A DNA stretch of 64,000 bases from an uncultured Acidimicrobiaceae bacterium (GTDB lineage: Bacteria > Actinomycetota > Acidimicrobiia > Acidimicrobiales > RAAP-2): positions 61,619 to 125,618 of the forward strand of contig CAVSSX010000010.1 in assembly GCA_963730735.1 (NCBI GenBank), given 5' to 3'. Shown piece by piece: positions 57,296-64,000 of the stretch. The stretch's first letter is position 1; the number at the start of each line of letters is the position of its first letter. Below the pieces are notes generated by a model. It worked only from the letters and a program-made list of their open reading frames with translations. It did no database searches and was not told where the DNA came from. Made by a program: the position numbers and the translations under genes.

Positions 57296-58359
57296 CGGTC
57301 GAGCCCACCCGCCCGAGACGGCCAGTGCGCCGCCGACGGCCCCGGCCCGCTCACCCAGCGCCGCCCCGACGATCTCGACCGCGCGGGCGTGACGACGCCC
57401 CCTCGACCAGGGCGACGAACGCCCGACGGGTCGGGCGCGAGCAGCACCTCGCCGGCCTCGGCCAGGCCGCCCCCGATGACGATCCGGGCCGGGTCGACCA
57501 CGGCCGTCAGGTTGGCCAGCCCGAGGGCGATCCACCAGCCCAGGTCGTCGACGACGGCCAGGGCCCCGGCGTCGCCGTCGAGGGCCGCCCGGGTGACGTG
57601 CTCGCCCCGGACGTCCTCGGGGTCACCCCCGGCCAGGGCCACCACCTGATGGAGCCGGCCGGCATACGCCGCCTCCCGGGCCAGGCGGCCCAGGCCGCCC
57701 CCCGAGGCGTAGCGCTCCCAGCAGCCCCGGCGCCCGCAGGGGCACGGGGGTCCCGACGGGTCGACGACCATGTGGCCGATCTCCCCGGCGAAGCCGTAGG
57801 CACCCGTGCGGACCCGGCCCCCGTCGAGCAACCCGCCCCCGATACCGGTGCCCAGGGTGACCATCAGGACGTGGTCGCTCCCGGCCGCCGCCCCCAGCCG
57901 GTACTCGGCCAGGGCGGCCAGGTTGGCGTCGTTCTCGACCAGGACCGTCGCGCCCGGGAGCCGGCCGGCCAGGAGGCCGGCGAGGTCGGCGCCGGCCGCC
58001 CCGGGCAGGTTCGGGGCGAAACGCAGCACGCCGGTCCGGTCGACCATGCCCGGTGCCCCGACCCCGATGCGCCGGGCCGCCCGAGCGCCGGTGTCGGGAG
58101 CGCCCAACCCCGGCAAGGACACCACGGGCGCTCGCTCGGCGACGGCCGACTCGAGTCGCTCGACGACGGTGCGCACGGCGTCGGCCACCTCCGCCCCGAC
58201 CGGCTCGGACGACGGCACCTGGGTACCGAGCTGGGGCGTGGCCACCCGTACCTCGGCCACCACCTCGCCCTCCGGGTCCACGGCCACACCCAGCACCTTG
58301 GTCCCGCCGATGTCGACGCCGAACGAGAGGTCGCCTCCGGTCCGACGGCCGTCCGTCAC
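57292..58359 (-). pseudogene. ROK-family glucokinase; at least two frame breaks in the last ~60 codons
   Basis: The GTG at 58359 overlaps the upstream TGA. FGVDIGGTKV, ENDANLAALAE, VTLGTGIGGG and the zinc motif GHMVVDPSGPPCPCGRRGCWE are intact. After ...GEVLLAP the expected C-terminus is split over two other frames: TRRAFVALVEGASSRPR near 57428-57438 and AVEIVGAALGERAGAVGGALAV near 57379-57389. Confidence 0.8.
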
Positions 58360-58801
58360 GCCGAGGACTCGACCCGGGCCTTCAGATCGCGCAGCGCCGT
58401 CGACATGATGCGGCTCTGGGCGCGCATCTTGATGAACCCGGGGATGGGCACCCGGAGCTCGACCTCGAGGTGGTAGTTGACTTCGGTCCCGCCACCGTCG
58501 ACCGGCTCGAAGACGTAGGTTCCGTCGAGCTTGGTCGTGATGTCGCCCTGTGTCTGACGCCAGGCCAACGCGTGGGGGGCGTCGGCGTAGTCGTAGGCCA
58601 ACGTGTAGCTCGGTGCTGCGACCGAACGCGGCGGCCCGGAAGCTCACCAGCGTGGGTCGGTCCTGGTCATCACGCTCGTGGACGGTCACCTGCTTGATGT
58701 CGGCGGCCCATTCGGGGTACCGCTCGATCGCCCCGGCGACATCGAAACACCGGTCCGGGGACGCCGTGACATTGCATCCGCTCCGTGGCCTGGTCCGCCA
58801 C
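58356..58801 (-). pseudogene. SRPBCC (polyketide-cyclase/START-like) protein; two frame breaks
   Basis: GGAGGAGG lies 7 nt upstream of the GTG at 58801 (VADQATERMQ). ASPDRCFDVAGAIERYPEWAADIKQVTVHERDDQDRPTLVSFRAAAFGR is in a second frame (shift ~58771). SYTLAYDYADAPHALAWRQTQGDITTKLDGTYVFEPV... is in a third (shift ~58611-58617). Only the last piece appears as an 81-aa ORF in the track. Confidence 0.6.
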
Positions 58802-58875
58802 CGTCACCCTCCTCCTGAGAACTCGCCAAAGGATCTGTCACACGCAACGATCTGGCCCATTGGCACTGGACGCCG

Positions 58876-60016
58876 TCAGCCTTGCACTTCGGTGAGGGCG
58901 TCGGCCAGCCTAGGGGCGAGCCGTGCGTAGTCGAAGGATGCCAGGGCCCGCTTTCGAGCGGCGTCGCCCATGGCCCGTCGGCGACCGTCGTCGGCCAACA
59001 GCGACCGGATCGCCGCCGCCACCTCGCTCGGATTCTCGGGGTGGCCCACCACCAGCCCGGTCTCCCCGTCGACCACCGCCTCGGCCGCACCGCCGCTCTC
59101 CCCGGCCACCTGCGGGACCCCGGCAGCGGCCGCCTCGAGGAAGACGATGCCGAATCCCTCCTGCTCAAGACCCATCCAACGGTTCCGGCAGGCCATCACG
59201 AACACGTCGGCCGAGGCCACCAGGGCGGCCTTGTCCTCCTCGGAGACCCGACCGAGGAGGCGGACCGGTGCCCCGCCGGCGGCCACCAGACGCTCGAGGC
59301 GACCGGTGTCGCGGCCGCTGCCGGCGATGGCCACCACCAGATCCGGGAACGACGGCCGAAGCCGACGGGCCGCCTCGATGAGCACGTCCATGCCCTTGCG
59401 GGGGACCAGCCGGCTCACGCTGACCACCAGGGGCCCCTCGCCCGGCAGCCCGAGCCGCAACCGGTCGGTGCGGCGCCGCGCCGGGTCGCTCGGTCGGAAC
59501 TGCTGGCAGTCGACCCCAGGGGGAACCTCGACGACCGTCGGGAGGTCGCCGCTCGCCCGACGACCCTCGGCCGCCGGGTACCCGCCGGCCGAGATGATCA
59601 GCGAGGCCCGCCGCAGCACGTGGGCCAACGAGTGCCGGCCCCCGGGGAGCCGGCCCGGGACCGTGACCTCGGCTCCGTGGAGGATCAGCCCGTACGGGAC
59701 GCCGAGACTCGGCCCGATGAGTCCGAGCGGCAGTGCCGGGTCGACGACGACCAGGCCGGCGCCCACCTCGGCCGCCAACGCTCGCGCCCGCCGGGCCACG
59801 TCGGGGGTGGGAAGGAGGACCTTTCGTCGGAAGCGCTCGATCCGGATGCCGGCCGACGCCTGCTCGAAGTCGAACGACCGCGGCATCGGGGTGGGAGGAC
59901 GCCGTGAGGACGACGAAGCTGTCGGGGTCGAGCCGACGCCAGAGCTCCCACAGATAGGACTGGATACCTCCCACCTTGGGAGGGAAGTCGTTGGTGACGA
60001 GGATGTGCCGTTTCAA
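58876..60016 (-). pseudogene. GT4-family glycosyltransferase (PimB-like mannosyltransferase type); frame broken at ~59876-59886
   Basis: The N-terminus (TTG start) KRHILVTNDFPPKVGGIQSYLWELWRRLDPDSFVVLTASSHPDAA is in one frame. The rest (FDFEQASAGIRIERF...LLPTP...SRLVPRKGMD...EQEGFGIVFLEAAAAGVPQVAGESGGAAEAV) is in the 336-aa track ORF. Confidence 0.8.
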
Positions 60017-60100
60017 CCGGCACCTGCGCCAACCACGACCGACGACCGGGGGGCCGGGGGCGGCCTCCGCCGAACGCCCCGACCCCCACCGGCCGTCGAC

Positions 60101-60304
60101 TCAGGCTGTCGCTTCCTGGAATCGCAAGCTCGGCAGGAGGCCGGCCCGCTCCAGCATCCGGACCGCCCGGGCCTCGTCGGCGTCGATGACGACGGCGTCA
60201 TCGGGATCCCGGCCGAGCACGAACGTCACCAGGCAGTCGCTGCAGGCATCGGTGTTGCGAAGCACACACTGGTCGCATTCGATCGTGAGGGTCGTGCTCG
60301 TCAT
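60101..60304 (-). CDS. Small Cys-rich hypothetical protein
   Basis: 67 aa. IECDQCVLRNTDACSDCLVTF has four Cys. Good GC3. Confidence 0.6.
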   Translation of the reverse strand: MTSTTLTIECDQCVLRNTDACSDCLVTFVLGRDPDDAVVIDADEARAVRMLERAGLLPSLRFQEATA

Positions 60305-60370
60305 TGGGGTCCCTTTCCGTGCCGCAGTTCGTCGCTCTCGTTGATGGACCCAGCATGGCGAACGGGTGTA

Positions 60371-60778
60371 TCACGCGGCCGGAAGAAACGAGAGGCGAAC
60401 CTGACGGCGCGGGTTGTCGCCGTTGGGGTCGACCAGGACCACCGACTGCCAGGTCCCGAGCAACAGCTGGCCGTCGGCCACCGGCACGACGAGCGACGGG
60501 CTGACGAACACCGGGAGGACATGGTCGGCTCCGTGACCGGGCGAACCGTGACGGTGGCGATAGCGGTCGTCCCGCGGGAGCAGCCGGTCGAGGGCCTCGG
60601 TGGCATCGGCCTCGGATCCCGAGCCGACCTCCATCAGCGCGATGCCCGCCGTGGCGTGGGGAGCGAAGACATTGCAGAGCCCGTCGCCTTTGCCGGCACA
60701 GAACGAGGTGACGAGCGAGGTCAGGTCGGTGATGCGTCGAGCACCGGTCACCACCTCGTGCAGCTCGGTCGCCATCAC
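60371..60778 (-). CDS. YjbQ-family (UPF0047, secondary thiamine-phosphate synthase-like) protein
   Basis: CNVFAPHATAGIALMEV...HGSPGHGADHV...GTWQSVVLVD is typical of YjbQ. Confidence 0.85.
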   Translation of the reverse strand: MMATELHEVVTGARRITDLTSLVTSFCAGKGDGLCNVFAPHATAGIALMEVGSGSEADATEALDRLLPRDDRYRHRHGSPGHGADHVLPVFVSPSLVVPVADGQLLLGTWQSVVLVDPNGDNPRRQVRLSFLPAA

Positions 60779-61236
60779 AGCGCATCACCATCCGAGGTCG
60801 TTGCTCGCTGCGCCGAGGTCACGACGTCTCGCACCTGGGCGGCGCCCAGCACGACACCTTCGTCGACAACCCGAGCCGGCGCTCCCCCGATCAGGACGTA
60901 GAACGGCGGACCGGTGACCCGATAGGCGCGGAACGCCTCGTCGGACATGACGACGGTCGCGTCGTCGTGTGCCAACCCTTGCACTGCGTCGGCGCTCTCC
61001 GTTGTGGGACCACGGGTCACCAGGACGACGTCCACCGGGACGCTCCCACTCGCCACGAGTTCCCCCGCCCCCGACCACACATCGGCGCACCCGACACACG
61101 TCGAGGAGAGGAACAGGAGCAACAACCAACGGCCGTCGACGAGGGCCACGTCCACTGCGTCCCCGGAAGGGCTTACCCCGGAGAGTCCCGACGCCCTCGT
61201 GGCCGGGCGGTCCCGATAGGTCGGGACCGGCACCAA
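60775..61236 (-). CDS. Thioredoxin-fold (TlpA/redoxin-like) protein
   Basis: RWLLLLFLSSTCVGCADVW carries a CxxC in the TlpA-like position. The start is uncertain (TTG 61236 or GTG 61233). The track ORF start at 61416 would overlap the upstream gene. Confidence 0.55.
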   Translation of the reverse strand: MVPVPTYRDRPATRASGLSGVSPSGDAVDVALVDGRWLLLLFLSSTCVGCADVWSGAGELVASGSVPVDVVLVTRGPTTESADAVQGLAHDDATVVMSDEAFRAYRVTGPPFYVLIGGAPARVVDEGVVLGAAQVRDVVTSAQRATTSDGDAL

Positions 61237-61258
61237 GCCGTCGAGGGGACCGGCAGGA

Positions 61259-61525
61259 CTACTCAATTGGCGGACCCTGGGTGCCCGGAGGCGAGGCCGG
61301 GACCTCGGCGGTCTCGTCGATCGCCTCGACGGAACGTCCGTGCCCGCACCAGCGGCAGGAGATCTCGTCGATGGTCTCGAACAGGACTTCTTCGTCCTCC
61401 ACCTCGAGCTCCCCACCCACCGAATAGTGGTGGAAGCCCTTGGTCTGGCGGGTCGTGGTCACGTCGAAACGCGTCAGGTTGCCGCACGCCGTGCATCGGT
61501 ACCGGGTCGTGGTCACGTCCCTCAC
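61259..61525 (-). CDS. Small zinc-ribbon protein
   Basis: GTG at 61525. YRCTACGNLTRFDV...ISCRWCGHG has two CxxC pairs. 88 aa. Confidence 0.6.
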   Translation of the reverse strand: MRDVTTTRYRCTACGNLTRFDVTTTRQTKGFHHYSVGGELEVEDEEVLFETIDEISCRWCGHGRSVEAIDETAEVPASPPGTQGPPIE

Positions 61526-61587
61526 GGTACTCGCCGCGGCCCGATGCCCTACCACTCGACGCGAGCGGCGCCGGAGTGAAGCACGGC

Positions 61588-62334
61588 TCAGAGACGGCTC
61601 AGGATCTCCGCCTTCTTCGCCTGGAATTCGCTCGCCGTCACGAGGCCCCGCCGAAACAGGTCGTCCAGCTCGATGAGCTGGTTGGCCACCGATGACGGTG
61701 CCGTCATCGACGTGATGATGGGTGAACCGTGCGGCGGCGTCGCCATGCCCGGGTACGACAGGTGGACGATCGGTTCCCCCACCTCCCGAGGCGGCCCCGC
61801 TGGTCGGGGTACCGGGGCCGGCGGCACGACGTCGTCGGAAGGCCATTCGGGGCCCTGAGCCAGCCGATCGAGCTGATGGTTGAGGACCCGTTGGAACGCC
61901 CGGGGGCGCCGGACGTCGTTCACGACAATCCCGCCGTCCTCCCCTTCCACCTCGATCACGACGCTCCCTGTCCCCAGCACGCGCTGGACCAGCGACTGCT
62001 GCGTGTGCACTTCGGTGACCCGCTGCAGCCGCACCTGAGCGACCTGTCGAGACGAGATGCCCCGACGAAGCACCAATCGGTTGGTGGTGACGATGAGGCT
62101 GGTCGTCGCCCATCGGATGATCCGCACGAGCAGCCAGACCACGGGGACGGCGACCATTGCCGCCAGCAACCAGCCGACGACCGACGGCGCCCCGGGGAAC
62201 TCGGTGGCGATGGCGATCGCTGCGCCAATTGCCACCGCAGACAAGAGGGCCGGCCCCGTGAAGAACACCCAGTGGGGCCGAAGATCGACCAAGACCTCCT
62301 CATCATCGGAGAGCAATCGGCTCGAGATCGGCAC
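61588..62334 (-). CDS. Membrane protein with bacterial PH (YdbT/DUF304-like) domain and C-terminal SHOCT domain
   Basis: LLSDDEEVLVDLRPHWVFF, two TM helices, then TNRLVLRRGISSRQVAQVRLQRVTEV. C-terminus: LIELDDLFRRGLVTASEFQAKKAEILSRL (SHOCT-like). Confidence 0.8.
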   Translation of the reverse strand: MPISSRLLSDDEEVLVDLRPHWVFFTGPALLSAVAIGAAIAIATEFPGAPSVVGWLLAAMVAVPVVWLLVRIIRWATTSLIVTTNRLVLRRGISSRQVAQVRLQRVTEVHTQQSLVQRVLGTGSVVIEVEGEDGGIVVNDVRRPRAFQRVLNHQLDRLAQGPEWPSDDVVPPAPVPRPAGPPREVGEPIVHLSYPGMATPPHGSPIITSMTAPSSVANQLIELDDLFRRGLVTASEFQAKKAEILSRL

Positions 62335-62556
62335 TCCTCCCAGCGTACCGGTCGACCCACTTGACCGGCGGTTTGTTCGTGCAGGGTCCGCCTTCTCGAG
62401 CGACGGACCGCCCTGAAACGGTGGGAGGACCGGAGGGAGAACGGCCCGTCACAACTGAGGTCGGCAGCCTCCCTCCAGCGTCAGCTGACCTCTCACAGCG
62501 GTCGGACCCTCCAGGGGCGCCCTAGCCACGGATGACCGAAAGAGGCCCTGGACCCG

Positions 62557-64000
62557 ATGACCAGAATGAGGCCACGGACAAGGCCCCGACACGTTGTCAT
62601 CGCTGCCGCAGGGGCGAGCGCGATCTTCATCACTTCACTGGTGGGGGTGTTCGCCGCATCGACGGTCAAGCCATTGCCGGCGGCTGCAGATGGCCAGGTT
62701 CCTTGCGGACCCACTACACAGCCGCCGTATCCATCTGCAGGCTTCTGCGCTGACTACAACGGGGACACGACGTGGTACGGAACCTACGGCCCGGGATTCC
62801 CAACTGCCCAGGGCTGGGGATTGTGCGCAGACCGACCGGCGAGCGGAGGTGGGTTTCCGGCTCCGGACTACTCCTATTCGCCCGGCGGCGCGCCATCCGG
62901 GGCCGGCGGTGACTGGAACGCCCTGGGGTTTGCCTTGAGCGAAGGCCAGGCGTACGGCTGGTGGAACGGTCAACCAGGGCAATTCACGTCCGATCAGGCC
63001 GCAGCAGCAGCCAAGATCCTTTACGACACCGTTGTGTGGGGAACTCCCACCCCGTCGATGGACACCGGGGTTCTTGCGGCGTACGACGACTTCGACTCTT
63101 GGTTCAACGAGGCTCGAGGGATGAGCTCGTCGCCCCCGCAACTCAGCGTCGGACTGACCAGTAGCAGCAACTCCTTCGTTGGAAGCGCCACCGACGACAT
63201 CCACCTCCAATTCCCTGGAACCGGGGCACCCCTCGTCGGCCAAGCGATGCTGCTGTCCATCTCGAACGGAACCTTCAATACGCCCACAGGCCCCTCCAAT
63301 ATCGGAGCTGCGACCGACAGCGGCGGCAACATCGAGGTCCCGATCTACGCCACAAATTTCGAGCCCCATCACCGTGACGGTCACCAGCGCCGCAGGCGTC
63401 GGGCAGCCCGGCTTGGGCTTCTACCATCCGACGACCAGAGATCTAAGCGCTCAATTCCTGGCTGGGTTTCCAGCGCCGACCATCCTGGAAGCGACTCAGC
63501 CACTGACTTCCAGCGGCCAGCCTCAACTGCAGTTCGGGACCCTTTCCATTCAGAAGGCCGGCGACGACACCGGGTACTACGGCTTGGCCGGCGCCGAGTT
63601 TCAGGTCCTGCAGGGAACCACGGTCGAGGCCACCCTGACGACCGATGGGTCGGGGGCCACTTCCTTCTCGCCGGAATTGGCCGTCGGGACGTACACGGTC
63701 CACGAGTTGACGCCACCGTCTGGGTATTCAGTCGCACCCGATCAGACCGTCACCATCAATGCCGCAACGAACACCGTGGTCGACTTCACCGGCCCGGAAG
63801 AGGACCACGTTGTTCCGGCCTCGATCTCGATCGAAAAGGTCGACGCCGAAGGTGGCGGACCTCTCGCCGGGGCAACATTCGACCTCCGCTACTCGACGGG
63901 AAACAATGGCGCCTACGACCAGGACCTCGGCACGTGTACGACCGGACCCAGCGGCACGTGCTCGCCGACCGGCAATGACGGGCCGGCAGCGTTCTTGCCT
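62557..64000 (+). pseudogene. Large surface protein (partial, runs off the window): unknown Cys-containing N-domain plus SpaA/prealbumin-like repeats; frame broken at 63364-63367
   Basis: A signal/TM segment (HVVIAAAGASAIFITSLVGVFAAS) is followed by a ~250-aa domain. After ...IEVPIYATNFEP the CCCC run shifts the frame. The true continuation (ITVTVTSAAGVGQPGLGFYHP...GAEFQVLQGTTVEATLTTDGSGATSFSPELAVGTYTVHELTPPSGYSV...GATFDLRY...) is open to the window end. GC and codon usage are visibly lower than in the neighbouring genes. Confidence 0.7.

Overview
This is a 64-kb, high-GC (roughly 70% by eye) actinobacterial-type chromosomal segment, densely coding on both strands. I can support about 65 protein-coding genes, 3 tRNAs (Arg-TCT, His-GTG, Lys-CTT) and a handful of operator, promoter and terminator-like sites. 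The content is mostly core metabolism and envelope functions: class II RNR NrdJ with NrdR-like boxes, GlpK, ClpP, SurE, ArfB, type II NADH dehydrogenase, ALDH, GH15, arylsulfatase, F420/LLM-type oxidoreductases, an Rpf-domain protein, a MurNAc-LAA amidase, a PimB-like GT4, a DrrAB-like ABC exporter and a CsoR copper module. I saw no CRISPR array, transposase, integrase, prophage or recognisable defence island. The most noteworthy observations are these. (1) There are at least 15 reading-frame breaks in 12 otherwise intact conserved genes, many at short G/C homopolymers, so the supplied ORF track is misleading there; assembly indels seem more likely than true pseudogenes. (2) An XRE-HTH gene is translationally coupled to a ClpP paralogue that has lost Ser, His and Asp, and the pair is divergent from the active clpP. 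(3) A regulatory island holds two orphan LuxR-type response regulators (one with a degenerate receiver), a ~790-bp non-coding spacer with phased TAGTGTGCAAC direct repeats, and an ECF sigma factor fused in one ORF to TM helices and a ~400-aa Thr-rich ectodomain. (4) One LuxR-family regulator has two tandem HTH domains. (5) Six GGYWLVAADGGIFAFG-type repeats are fused to the amidase. (6) A lower-GC, partial surface protein with SpaA-like domains lies at the 3' edge. Many long ORFs in the track are antisense or out-of-frame artefacts of high GC.
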